A stretch of DNA of 64,000 nt from an uncultured virus (IMG/VR IMGVR_UViG_3300020180_001139) (Duplodnaviria > Heunggongvirae > Uroviricota > Caudoviricetes), in IMG/VR virus record IMGVR_UViG_3300020180_001139. One strand, 5' to 3'. This document shows, piece by piece, positions 1 to 9,589 of the stretch. The translations under genes and the position numbers were made by a program. Within the stretch, counting starts at the first letter, position 1. Each line of letters starts with the position of its first letter. The notes under the pieces were generated by a model. That model was not told the DNA's origin, made no database searches, and saw nothing but the letters and a program-made list of their open reading frames with translations.

Positions 1-182
1 TATTTAATCAGTATTTTATTGATAATTTAAATTTATTTAAAAACAATATCTGGACAAATGAATTTATAAAAAGACATAGTAAATATCGTCTTATCAAGAG
101 ACCGAGATAGCTGGCAATTCAAAAGAATATCTGAAAAGCTTTTTAACATGTATCCAAAAATGTTACGTTATAAAGACTTATC

Positions 183-2276
183 TTAACTGTAAATTTTTCT
201 AGCTAGATCCATTAATTTTGAATGGTCGTTTAATGAAGGGTCCTGAGCAACCATTTCTTTGATTTTCTTTAAAAGATTACCTAGTTCAGGGCCGGGTGAT
301 AATCCTCTGTCACTAAATGCCTTTAACAGGTCAGTAGCCGAAATTGCTAATTTATTTTCCGGCGTCAAAACTATAGGTAATGTTTCTCTCTGATCGAATT
401 TTTCAGTCAGATATTGTTTTTGATCATAAGGTTTATCTGCGTACCCTCCAAGCCTTCCCTTGGCGTCTGCCTCACAACTTGTCAGGTAAGCATTAAATAG
501 TTGCTTGCTCCCTTTAAATGAATCAAATAGTTTCCTAAGAGTTTTAGGAGAAAGTTCTTTTGCTTTATGACATTTTAAATGGTTCTGAGCAACTAATTTA
601 GCAAATTCTTTCCATTCTTCCGGGACTCCTAATAGATTACTTACCCGTTCCACATACGGAACACTTAATTCCTCGTGCCCATGTTGTTTCGGCCAAATAT
701 TTTTATCTGTATATGATTTTCCAAGGTCATGAAGTAATGCTGCGAACCAAACCATCGGATCTTCTGATAATTTCTTAGACTCATCAAAAACTAAGTTATT
801 ATGAAGAAGTTGATTCTTTTCGGGGTGATATTGCTCTGGCCCAGCCGGAACCTCTACCTGAGTAGCTAGTTCCGGTATATCTTTTGCTTTAAACTTAATT
901 CCTCGGCCAAAATCAAATTCTTTATTTAGAAGATCCTCCTCTTCCTGATCTGAAAGCCTCCACGGATGATTAGGTTTGTTTGCAAATTTTCTAATTGTAT
1001 TGTTTAATGCGATAGCTGCTAATAATTGAAATTGACCTGCCAGTTCCAATAATTTTGATTTTTCATTCAACTCAGGATTATCCAAAACTTTTGCGTAAAG
1101 CTCATTCAAAACTTCCTTAATTTTAGGACCAGGCTTAAAATTTAATGTCTTGATAAGATCATCACCAGTTATATTTAATTCTTTCCTAGAAATACCTTTA
1201 GAATTAGAAAGTAATGATTTAAGCTGGTCCACGCCAGATAACTTAATAGCCACGGCTAAATATATGAATTCACTTAATGATTTATCAAAACCTTCCGGAG
1301 CCTCATTCATTACGAATGAAAAGAATTTTCTTGCCATTATGGGATCAGGATTAGAAGAAAATTTCTTAAACTCATTAACTGCTGAATTAAGAAATAAAAT
1401 CTTCTTGATTTCAGTATTTGAAAATTTTAGATCTCTTAATGATTTTTCTACAGCTGTTCTATCGAGTTCAGACAGCAATACAGCCATTTTCGTCTCAAGG
1501 CTACCTTCACACTGGTCAATCATTTGAAATGTATTGGTAATGGCTGTACCATGGAAAACAGGACCCAAAACTCCCAGGGCTCCTGTTCGGTGTAGAATAT
1601 TCAAACCAACAGAAGGAGATCCTGTCATGAGAGTTTTGGTAAGCTCATCCCGCATTCTTTCTTTTGAAACACGGCTCAATACATCTAAATTATTTTGAAT
1701 TGCCGATTCTGTCCCCGGGTCAACTTCAAACCCTAGTCTGGCAGAAAATCTAGCCACACGCATCGTGCGGAGCCCATCCTCTGCAAAACGCTCATCAGGG
1801 TCTCCTACGGCCCGGATAACCTTATCCTCAAGATCTTTCAAACCGCCAAACGGATCTATTAACTTATCATTAACGGGATCGTACGCAATAGCATTGATAG
1901 AAAGGTCTCTACGAGCCAAATCTTCATCAATATTCGTAACAAAGGCAACAGAATCTGGTCTACGACCATCACTATACTGGCCTTCTGTTCTGAATGTCGT
2001 TACTTCAAATAAATCTGAAGGAGCCGGAGTAACGCCAGGGTCAGCCATACTCACGCTAATGGTACCGTGGTCAATTCCAGTATCGTATGTCCGATCAAAT
2101 ACTTTTTTTGTTTGTTCAGGTTTTGCGTCAGTACAAATGTCCCAATCTTTAGGAGTGTTTCCTAATAATAAATCTCTAACACACCCTCCTACCAAATAAG
2201 CTTGAAATCCTGCTTGTTGGAGTTTACGGCACAACGATATGGCTTTGGTAGAAATTTTCGACTTATCAATTTTCAT
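183..2276 (-). CDS. cca: CCA-adding tRNA nucleotidyltransferase (class II) fused to a separate C-terminal HD phosphohydrolase module
   Basis: GGCVRDLLLG..DWD, EVTTFRTE..Y.DGRRP, RRDLSINA and EDGLR motifs; the second module has YHPE..H, ALLHDLGK and HGHE, as in the HD domain of multifunctional CCA enzymes. Confidence 0.9.
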   Translation of the reverse strand: MKIDKSKISTKAISLCRKLQQAGFQAYLVGGCVRDLLLGNTPKDWDICTDAKPEQTKKVFDRTYDTGIDHGTISVSMADPGVTPAPSDLFEVTTFRTEGQYSDGRRPDSVAFVTNIDEDLARRDLSINAIAYDPVNDKLIDPFGGLKDLEDKVIRAVGDPDERFAEDGLRTMRVARFSARLGFEVDPGTESAIQNNLDVLSRVSKERMRDELTKTLMTGSPSVGLNILHRTGALGVLGPVFHGTAITNTFQMIDQCEGSLETKMAVLLSELDRTAVEKSLRDLKFSNTEIKKILFLNSAVNEFKKFSSNPDPIMARKFFSFVMNEAPEGFDKSLSEFIYLAVAIKLSGVDQLKSLLSNSKGISRKELNITGDDLIKTLNFKPGPKIKEVLNELYAKVLDNPELNEKSKLLELAGQFQLLAAIALNNTIRKFANKPNHPWRLSDQEEEDLLNKEFDFGRGIKFKAKDIPELATQVEVPAGPEQYHPEKNQLLHNNLVFDESKKLSEDPMVWFAALLHDLGKSYTDKNIWPKQHGHEELSVPYVERVSNLLGVPEEWKEFAKLVAQNHLKCHKAKELSPKTLRKLFDSFKGSKQLFNAYLTSCEADAKGRLGGYADKPYDQKQYLTEKFDQRETLPIVLTPENKLAISATDLLKAFSDRGLSPGPELGNLLKKIKEMVAQDPSLNDHSKLMDLARKIYS

Positions 2277-2319
2277 GTAAACTCCAACTTAAACGGCCTC
2301 TATAGATATATTGCTTTTT

Positions 2320-2856
2320 ATGACGTATCTTCTGGTTCTATTGGCATTTTTATGTGGGTGCGCCGGTACCAACCCTCCCACCGCAACAGCTATACAAGAG
2401 CCAGCTGTCAAACCTGATTTTTATGCCGGATGGCAAGTCGTGTCGATTGAAAAAGATTCATTCATGATCCCGGCTGACTGGAATATGGTTCCGTCATCAA
2501 ATACTAATAAATCTGGAATAACAGAATATTTTTCAAATAAATCTAAATTATACTTAATCGGAATACATAAAATACCGTTTGAAGGTACTTTACTAGAATT
2601 TTCTCAATTAGTCGGAGAAGAAATTGATCAGATGCCAGATACAAAAATTTTTGATACTCAAATTACAGAGATTGATCGGGTTACAGCAGTTGAGGCGGTG
2701 TTGAGCCATGACGACAGTATTATAATAGGTTTTCTTTTTGTTAAGCACAAACACGCTTATGAGTTATTTTGTACAGGTCCACTTTTAGGAGCATCAGAAA
2801 TAATTGCATCGTGTCAGGACATAGCTTTTAGTTTTAAATCTGGCGGTAAAATATGA
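2320..2856 (+). CDS. Putative lipoprotein (possibly PsbP-like fold)
   Basis: ATG at 2320; hydrophobic signal followed by a lipobox-like LCGC. Confidence 0.55.
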   Translation: MTYLLVLLAFLCGCAGTNPPTATAIQEPAVKPDFYAGWQVVSIEKDSFMIPADWNMVPSSNTNKSGITEYFSNKSKLYLIGIHKIPFEGTLLEFSQLVGEEIDQMPDTKIFDTQITEIDRVTAVEAVLSHDDSIIIGFLFVKHKHAYELFCTGPLLGASEIIASCQDIAFSFKSGGKI

Positions 2857-3563
2857 ATGGGATTCTATTAAGTGGTGGAAAAGGTACCAGGTTAAAACCA
2901 GTAACGGATTATATTTCAAAACATCTTTTGCCGATTGGTGATAAATTCGTTATAGATTTTCCGATACAAACCCTAATCAGTATGGGGTGTGACAACGTAA
3001 CAGTAGTTTTGGGAGGGACTCATTTTGAACAAATCGTATCTTACCTGCAAGGAGGAGATAAATTTGGTCTTAATATAAATTATGTTTTTCAAAAAGATCC
3101 TCTCGGAATAGCCCACGCTATTAATTTATGTAAGAACCAATTCAAACAAGATGAAAATTTCGCTGTATTGTTAGGAGATAATATATTTAATAAACCTATT
3201 ATGTGGAAAAATTCAAAATCTGCTCAAATTGCGTTGTTTGAAACTGAAAAATTAAATCAATTTGGAGTCGCGAGTTTACAAAATAATAAAATCATTTCAA
3301 TTCAAGAAAAACCTCAAGAATCAAATTCTGAATTTACAAATCTCGCTATTACGGGCGCTTATCTTTTTACTGGTCAATATTTCGAATATTTTGAAAAAAT
3401 CCAGCCATCTAAACGTGGTGAATATGAAATTACGGATATTCTTAAACAATATCTTTCTGATTCTAATCTTGAACATATCAGATATGAAGGTCATTGGAGT
3501 GATGCTGGAAATCATAGGTCTTTGGCTGCAATAAATGATTTCTTTTACCATCATGATGATTGA
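2853..3563 (+). CDS. rmlA: Glucose-1-phosphate thymidylyltransferase-like sugar nucleotidyltransferase
   Basis: GILLSGGKGTRLKP, SKHLLPI, LGDN, EKP, RGEYEITD, WSDAG. Confidence 0.9.
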   Translation: MNGILLSGGKGTRLKPVTDYISKHLLPIGDKFVIDFPIQTLISMGCDNVTVVLGGTHFEQIVSYLQGGDKFGLNINYVFQKDPLGIAHAINLCKNQFKQDENFAVLLGDNIFNKPIMWKNSKSAQIALFETEKLNQFGVASLQNNKIISIQEKPQESNSEFTNLAITGAYLFTGQYFEYFEKIQPSKRGEYEITDILKQYLSDSNLEHIRYEGHWSDAGNHRSLAAINDFFYHHDD

Positions 3564-3600
3564 TGTGACGATTGAGGCTGGATTGGTTTGACAGGCGAGT

Positions 3601-4440
3601 ATGAACACGCTTATACTGGGCAACGGGTTCGTCCCGAGTCATTTACCGGATCATTTTAATCGTTCGAACGATCGCCTTTCTCCGAATGAACGTGATATCG
3701 TTGATCTTATTGACAGGGCGCGCCCGGATGCTATCGTGAATTGTGTAGCGCGGACCGGGCGGCCGAACATCGATTGGTGTGAAAGCCACCGGGAGGAAAC
3801 ATTACTCGCGAATCTCACCATTCCAACATTGTTAGCAGAAATTTGCAATAAAAAAGGTATCCATCTGATTCATATTGGTTCCGGATGCATCTTCCACGGT
3901 GCCTCTCCTGGTCATAACGGATGGAAAGAATCCGATCCAGCGAATCCTCAATCATACTATTCAAAAACTAAATATGCCTGTGATCTGGCTATTCAAGACC
4001 TTGAATGCGTATGCATCCTGCGAATCAGGATGCCGATATCTAGAGATATCAATCCTAGAAATTATCTCTCGAAAATTATTCGTTACAATAAGATCATTGA
4101 TCAGCAGAATTCAGTTACGTTTATGGATGATTGTGTCATGGCTGTTGAATGGGCGCTTCGCGGCAATCGAACCGGAGTGTATCACGTAACTGCTGATGAT
4201 CCGTTATCTCCGGTAGATTTTTTGAACCTTATGAATGAGCAGCATCTAAAATTAGATTACGAAATAATTAATGAGGAAAATTTAAATAAAATAACAAAAG
4301 CTCGCCGTTCAAACTGCATTCTGGATAACAGTAAGATAAAACAAGCTGGGTTTTTATTCTCTGATACGAGAAAGATGGCAAGAGAGTATGTTACGGATTT
4401 CTTGGAAAATGCTCACGACGTCGGATTATTCAATTATTAA
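3601..4440 (+). CDS. NDP-4-keto-6-deoxyglucose epimerase/reductase (RmlD / NRS-ER-like SDR)
   Basis: GxG nucleotide-binding start, GRPNIDWCE, GSGCIF, YSKTK (YxxxK), LRIRMPI. Confidence 0.85.
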   Translation: MNTLILGNGFVPSHLPDHFNRSNDRLSPNERDIVDLIDRARPDAIVNCVARTGRPNIDWCESHREETLLANLTIPTLLAEICNKKGIHLIHIGSGCIFHGASPGHNGWKESDPANPQSYYSKTKYACDLAIQDLECVCILRIRMPISRDINPRNYLSKIIRYNKIIDQQNSVTFMDDCVMAVEWALRGNRTGVYHVTADDPLSPVDFLNLMNEQHLKLDYEIINEENLNKITKARRSNCILDNSKIKQAGFLFSDTRKMAREYVTDFLENAHDVGLFNY

Positions 4441-4458
4441 TTCTAACATTCAGGTGAT

Positions 4459-4728
4459 GTGATGCGAGACGAAAAGCTGCGTGTTTCTCTTAACTCCAAG
4501 CTCGATTCTAACAACAAGAAGTATTACGTGGGAAAGATCAAGTTCCCCGGCACCCTCAATGCTTCCAAGGGAATAGTTTTCCTGGTCTTTACTTCCTCTG
4601 AAGGCGAGGAAGAGATCCAGATTGCAGAAATGGAGGATATACCTCCGAAGCGCCGTATTGCGGGACGATTCCCCGGTTCTGATGAGGGTCCGTCATCCGG
4701 ACGTTATGATGATGGTGACGATCGTTAA
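4459..4728 (+). CDS. Hypothetical protein
   Basis: Clean ORF in a co-directional run; AGGTG SD-like sequence upstream. Confidence 0.6.
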   Translation: MMRDEKLRVSLNSKLDSNNKKYYVGKIKFPGTLNASKGIVFLVFTSSEGEEEIQIAEMEDIPPKRRIAGRFPGSDEGPSSGRYDDGDDR

Positions 4729-4742
4729 ATCAATTATCAATT

Positions 4743-5015
4743 ATGGCGCTTCATTTTGAAGACCTTTGGATGGAGGCAGAGTCCGTTTTGGACTCTGCCT
4801 CCATTTCCGATTCTGAAACAATTGATCGAATCCGAGTCCTTCTCAAGAGATACGAGCAAGCTTCCGGATTAGATTTTTCTGTAAGTCTTCGTTCGGTAGT
4901 ATTGGGCGAAATTCTTTTAAATTGCGCAGCCCTCTCAAAAAAGGAGGATATTAACGTTTACGATAGTTTGGCCAGAGCTATAAAATCATTTAAAATAAAT
5001 AAGATTAACCAATAA
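4743..5015 (+). CDS. Hypothetical protein
   Basis: ORF in a co-directional run. Confidence 0.6.
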   Translation: MALHFEDLWMEAESVLDSASISDSETIDRIRVLLKRYEQASGLDFSVSLRSVVLGEILLNCAALSKKEDINVYDSLARAIKSFKINKINQ

Positions 5016-5044
5016 ATAATTCAAGACAAAGTCTATTAATTAAT

Positions 5045-5734
5045 ATGAAATATCTAATTACATTATACCTTTTGCTGGTTTCATCCTCTGTTTTGGCTGC
5101 CGATGCCAAGGTTCCGGACATTTCCAAGCCCAGGCCGGAGGAGTTGCTGTCGGAGCCGATCCAGCTGGATTGCGGTCCCTACATCAATATCCGGATTGTC
5201 GAGTGGCGAGCTTCGCGGCGAGTCCCCTTAACCGGAGTGACTCCTGAGGGAATCGCTGTGATGAATCGAGCCTGCCAGGAAGCTGTGGAGAATTATCCGG
5301 CTTATCTGAAGTCAAAGCATTTGAATTTTGTTCAAATGCCAGTTAATGTAAATATTTCTCTTTTACCATCAAATTCATATCTGGATGGAACTGAAAGTCG
5401 TAACCTTGATGATCTGAAGGGGCGATTCAAGTATGAATTCAATGAATGTTGTTTTTGGGGCCTGTATATAAAGCGCACCAGTTCATTGTTTTTTCGAAAT
5501 GATCCCATTCTTACGAATGGCATTCCTCATAAATATTTTATTCGAGCATTCCAGCACGAGCTGGCTCACATTTTCGATGATCAGTGGAACGTTATGAATC
5601 TCAACGATATTTCATATCGTTCAGATGAAAAGATGGCCGAGGATTGGGTTCGGTTTATTGGATTCAAATTCGAGACCGAAACCATGGAAGATGATTTGGA
5701 AACCAAACGTCGCTATAAAATGATTAATAAGTGA
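5045..5734 (+). CDS. Secreted protein with an HExxH zinc-metallopeptidase motif
   Basis: Sec signal peptide (VLA-ADA); QHELAH. Confidence 0.6.
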   Translation: MKYLITLYLLLVSSSVLAADAKVPDISKPRPEELLSEPIQLDCGPYINIRIVEWRASRRVPLTGVTPEGIAVMNRACQEAVENYPAYLKSKHLNFVQMPVNVNISLLPSNSYLDGTESRNLDDLKGRFKYEFNECCFWGLYIKRTSSLFFRNDPILTNGIPHKYFIRAFQHELAHIFDDQWNVMNLNDISYRSDEKMAEDWVRFIGFKFETETMEDDLETKRRYKMINK

Positions 5735-6184
5735 GCTTACGGAAACGTAGCTCTACAGGTCCAGTTGCCCATTCCGGGCCGGTTCTTTACGATGTAGTCA
5801 CGGATAATGCTCACTCCTACCTCGTTTCGCGTACTCCAGACCCTTGAAGCGAAAGACATCACGAACATCGTCACCTAGAAATCATGGGTCTCTGTACGTT
5901 CAACGATAATCATTTTATGACGCTTACAGAAGCGGGTAGGCAGGCTATTCGCGCGCAAAAATGAAGATCCACCGAATAAGAGGAATAACTTTGAGGTTTA
6001 AGAATATTTAGTTCTTTTGGTGATTTATGTTGAAACCAAAGATTAGTTAACTTAATCGGAAAATCAGATAATTTGAACCTTAGGGGAGTTTTAATAACTT
6101 CACCCATAAATGTCAAAATATCATTATTTTTTCACCATCTACGTACCAGGTCGACTTACTACACGCCAGATATGAACAAATAAA

Positions 6185-6526
6185 ATGTCAAGATATACAC
6201 GATACCAAATTATTAAAAATGATATGAATTTCATCATTGAAAAAGATAATGATATGAAATTCATCATTGAAAAAGATCTTGAAACAATTGAAAATTATGC
6301 AAAATCATTAGTTAAAGACAGCGAATTCGTTGTTTTTGAATGGGACAATGCTCCTGAAATGCTTCGAAATCTATGTTGTTATAATGGTGGCGACGAAGAC
6401 TGGATGGTTTTGGTTCGCAAGGAACCAGAATATTTACCTGCATGGATCTGGCGAATGGATTCGTTAGAAGATCCTGATACGTACGTATTGAATGGGATAG
6501 TAATTTATGTCGGAAGTCACGCGTGA
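6185..6526 (+). CDS. Hypothetical protein
   Basis: ORF containing a 30-bp tandem duplication. Confidence 0.6.
   Translation: MSRYTRYQIIKNDMNFIIEKDNDMKFIIEKDLETIENYAKSLVKDSEFVVFEWDNAPEMLRNLCCYNGGDEDWMVLVRKEPEYLPAWIWRMDSLEDPDTYVLNGIVIYVGSHA
6218..6277 (+). repeat. 30-bp tandem duplication (NDMNFIIEKD / NDMKFIIEKD)
   Basis: AATGATATGAAWTTCATCATTGAAAAAGAT x2, one mismatch. Confidence 0.9.
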
Positions 6527-6764
6527 TCATGATGCCGTATAGAGTTACTTACCAAATCATACCGTTGCTTCCACGCGCCCGTACCAAATGCAAAGTTTGT
6601 GGTAAAAGATGTTTTTCTAGACCGTGTGTTAATGAAGGTGGAGGGATTTCTCATAGGATTGTATGTTACAGACAAAACTGCGTTCACCAAAGATATTTTC
6701 ACCGTACTTCGTCCCGCGCGGACGTGACCTGGTACCCATGACGCAGAAAATTGAACAACTAATT

Positions 6765-7214
6765 TCAGTCGGTTGAATCGAGACTCTGGCTAAGCAAATA
6801 TCTCGCTTCTTCGCGGCGATCATATATAGACATCATCATATTGTCCATACCTAGCGAAAAGGATTTTTCCGCCTTCATCAGTCCGTATAGTTTTTCGCTA
6901 TAGGCGGCAAAAGCCAACTCTGCATCCAAAGACAATTTTACCAAATCATCAGCGGATGGTTTTAATTTAGTAAGGATTGTCCCGATGCACTCGGATTGGG
7001 CAGCTAAACTGAGCGTGCCGGATCCATACAACCCGACTATTTTTTCAGCCGCCATATCCGCGTCGGATTGGGCGGAACTGTACAGTCGTTCAAATAATAA
7101 ATGATATTGATAAAAATTTTTACCTTTACATGTCCAATGATTATTTTGATGAATCAAATACAAACATCGTAAATATGCCACGTAAATACACAATGATTTT
7201 TTAAGATCTTCCAT
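6765..7214 (-). CDS. dps: Dps/ferritin-like DNA-protection protein
   Basis: HWTCKGKNFYQYHLLFERLY...D..AE(K) ferroxidase-type signature. Confidence 0.8.
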   Translation of the reverse strand: MEDLKKSLCIYVAYLRCLYLIHQNNHWTCKGKNFYQYHLLFERLYSSAQSDADMAAEKIVGLYGSGTLSLAAQSECIGTILTKLKPSADDLVKLSLDAELAFAAYSEKLYGLMKAEKSFSLGMDNMMMSIYDRREEARYLLSQSLDSTD

Positions 7215-7255
7215 CTTGACTACATTCTGATAAATTGGTATACGTACCGGGATTT

Positions 7256-7783
7256 CTACACAGATTGATAGACACGTCCATGAATTGTTTTTCCTTGTGG
7301 ACCTACCGGCAAACTCAATTTGTCAACAGATTCAAAATAATATTGCGGATCAAAAGGGTTATTTTTAAACGGACTTACGATAACAACTATTTTTGCTCCT
7401 GATTGATGAAGGCGGAACCAAACCATCGGCAGTCTGCTTGCGGGACATAAATGCAAAGCGTAAACCGATACAACTGAGTCCACTGGTGGTAATTCATCCC
7501 AGAACCGACCAACAATGCCCGGTTTTTTGGTTTCAAATTGAAAGCGGCTGATCATCTCGGGTGATTGATCTAGACCGATGGTACAATCTTCTTTCAGAAA
7601 TTTGGTAGCCAGACCGTCTCCGCAACCAAAATCAAGTATCTTACCAGTAAGATATTGTTGAAACTTTGATAAGATAATTTCTATTCCATCAGTATGCGGA
7701 TTATTATAATCTTGGGACTTATCACGATAGTAAGTTACCGGGTCAAGCCGTGTTCCTAAATATTGATGGCTCGTTTGGGACAT
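7256..7783 (-). CDS. Class I SAM-dependent methyltransferase
   Basis: ILDFGCGDG motif I; GLDQSPEM; YALH. Confidence 0.8.
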   Translation of the reverse strand: MSQTSHQYLGTRLDPVTYYRDKSQDYNNPHTDGIEIILSKFQQYLTGKILDFGCGDGLATKFLKEDCTIGLDQSPEMISRFQFETKKPGIVGRFWDELPPVDSVVSVYALHLCPASRLPMVWFRLHQSGAKIVVIVSPFKNNPFDPQYYFESVDKLSLPVGPQGKTIHGRVYQSV

Positions 7784-7842
7784 CGTCCCTGGCCCACCTA
7801 CCGTTAGTCCGTATCGACAATGCCAATTTAGAAAAATTATAC

Positions 7843-8448
7843 TTAATAAGTACTAATTATCTGTTCTATGCCTCTCTCGTCCATCAAAACGAGTGAGGCT
7901 TTTTTGCTTTTTAGACCTACAGAACACCCGAATTCATACAAACCTATTTCATCACCTAAAGGAAAATTTGAAACAACATATCCGAATTTTCCATTGTATT
8001 TATTCTGCCATACCGATCCATCACGACCAATATATGCAGATTCAACTTCCATTTCCAACGACTCAACCGATTTATTAATATAAGATTCCGAAATCCCGCC
8101 ATTCATAAATAAATATTGAGATTGGTTCGTAAATCTAATTCTAGCGCCAAGATATTGGCCAGATAACCAATTCATAGCTTCATGAAATATTAAATTTTCT
8201 GAAAATTTTTCATTATTTATAAAATTTAAATTTATATCGTCAAGAATATAAATACCGTTACATTCATTTAAAATATATTTAACATTAAATAAATCTTTAT
8301 TCAATGAATCGTTACGAATTCCCGCAATCATTATTATAAAATAACTATCTTTTATGGGCTCTATTATTTCCAATATAGATTCAAATGATTCATTTAAATT
8401 TGAAATGATACATAATTTTTTAGTTTGTTTTGGTTGAAAATAAAACAT
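7843..8448 (-). CDS. Hypothetical protein, possibly a degenerate calcineurin-like metallophosphoesterase
   Basis: LCIISNLNE resembles VIGDIHG, FMNGGI resembles FVHAGI and VVSNF resembles VVGH, with the metal ligands replaced. Confidence 0.45.
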   Translation of the reverse strand: MFYFQPKQTKKLCIISNLNESFESILEIIEPIKDSYFIIMIAGIRNDSLNKDLFNVKYILNECNGIYILDDINLNFINNEKFSENLIFHEAMNWLSGQYLGARIRFTNQSQYLFMNGGISESYINKSVESLEMEVESAYIGRDGSVWQNKYNGKFGYVVSNFPLGDEIGLYEFGCSVGLKSKKASLVLMDERGIEQIISTY

Positions 8449-8689
8449 GAATTGACGCTGTCTTGAAGGAGTTGTCCGTCATAGTTTGACGGTCAGAACG
8501 AAGTTAAAATCTAACCTGGCTGGAGTACCGGAGGGTCTAGACGGTGACGTCCGGTGACATCCAGCGATGTAGGTCGGACCAAATCGAAGTTGAGGATTGG
8601 TTTAGAAAATATCAATTTAATTGCTCTTATGTCCGGAGTCATATCGTCAAACGTAAATTGAAGTTATTTGACGCTCTCGATTCAAGCAC

Positions 8690-8715
8690 GGGAGGGATTA
8701 TAGGGAGGGAAGGGG
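8690..8715 (+). other. G-quadruplex-forming motif
   Basis: GGGAGGGATTATAGGGAGGGAAGGGG: five G3+ tracts with short loops. Confidence 0.6.
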
Positions 8716-8748
8716 TATCTCTGAAACCCTGAAAATACTGAAGAGTAA

Positions 8749-8812
8749 CATGATCCGTATATCTTACTGATGAAGATCATGATCCGTATATTGATTAACA
8801 TGATCCGTATAT
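8749..8812 (+). repeat. Three 14-bp direct repeats (iteron-like), each containing GATC
   Basis: CATGATCCGTATAT at 8749, 8778 and 8799. Confidence 0.85.
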
Positions 8813-8845
8813 ATTACTTATGAATAACATTATGCATTTAGCCAC

Positions 8846-8874
8846 TTGACCTTCTAAAACATTTAAATTAAAAT
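8846..8874 (+). promoter_or_regulatory. Sigma70-type promoter
   Basis: TTGACC-N17-TAAAAT upstream of the long + strand gene run starting at 8922. Confidence 0.65.
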
Positions 8875-8921
8875 CACATCAGTCTTTCATCCCGGTCAAA
8901 TTAAGACAAGTGCAGTAATAC

Positions 8922-9236
8922 ATGGCAAAAAAAGGCTTACGTCCCTATAAGATCGTAACTTTCGATGACGATACGATCCAAGATATCAGGGCGGAATTTC
9001 CGATTCGTGCTCATCGCATAAATTCAATCATTGAACGAATCAATGAGCAATATCCGCTGATTGATAGAGTCAACATAACCCTGGTCGTTCAAAGTTTTTT
9101 CGAGACCCTCCGGGATGAGATTTTATCCGGAGGAATCGTTACGATCAAGCCTATTTTTTTAACAGCGTTTTTGTCCAAACTTACGAATTCAAATAGAATT
9201 AAACTTCAAACAAATACTCCAGAATTTTTAAAATGA
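8922..9236 (+). CDS. HU/IHF-like DNA-binding protein (divergent)
   Basis: VVQSFFETLRDEILSGGIVTI resembles HU helix 2 / strand 1. Confidence 0.55.
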   Translation: MAKKGLRPYKIVTFDDDTIQDIRAEFPIRAHRINSIIERINEQYPLIDRVNITLVVQSFFETLRDEILSGGIVTIKPIFLTAFLSKLTNSNRIKLQTNTPEFLK

Positions 9237-9589
9237 CAGAATTGAAAAACGAAACAGAATTGAAAAACGAAACAGAATTGAAAAACGAAACAGAATTTTC
9301 ATATCAGGATCTATTTGATAATGTAGACTCTGAACCCAACGAACAAATTAATTATTCATTGGAATTTGTCAAAATGACATCTGAATCTTTGTGCGAGCTT
9401 ATTATAGGGAATCGTTATTTGGGCCTTTTTCCTGAGGAGTCGGATAAAGCCATGCATGAGCTTGCTGCCCGTCGTTTGGCAGGAGAAACATTTAGCTTTG
9501 AAACTTTTATTGATGAAGAATTGTCAAAGCTTCCAAAAATTGACCAGGGTAAAGTTAATCAAATAATGAGTCTCATTTCCAAGAAATGA
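9233..9589 (+). CDS. Hypothetical protein with N-terminal TELKNE repeats
   Basis: ORF coupled (ATGA) to its neighbours. Confidence 0.65.
   Translation: MTELKNETELKNETELKNETEFSYQDLFDNVDSEPNEQINYSLEFVKMTSESLCELIIGNRYLGLFPEESDKAMHELAARRLAGETFSFETFIDEELSKLPKIDQGKVNQIMSLISKK
9236..9297 (+). repeat. 18-bp perfect tandem repeat, about 3.4 copies
   Basis: ACAGAATTGAAAAACGAA x3 plus a partial copy. Confidence 0.95.

Noticed and set aside
1150..2199. + strand ORFs over cca, and similar antisense or overlapping ORFs throughout the track
   Set aside because: Shadow ORFs of well-supported genes, with no recognisable motifs
3588..3617. TTGACA-N18-TATACT promoter-like match
   Set aside because: The -10 box lies inside the RmlD-like coding sequence, so it cannot drive that gene; possibly chance
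5737..6116. Short minus-strand ORFs, one with an internal TAG
   Set aside because: No recognisable motif or convincing SD; cannot be supported
8749..8812. Possible mini-CRISPR array
   Set aside because: Repeats are 14 bp with 7-15 bp gaps, too short for CRISPR
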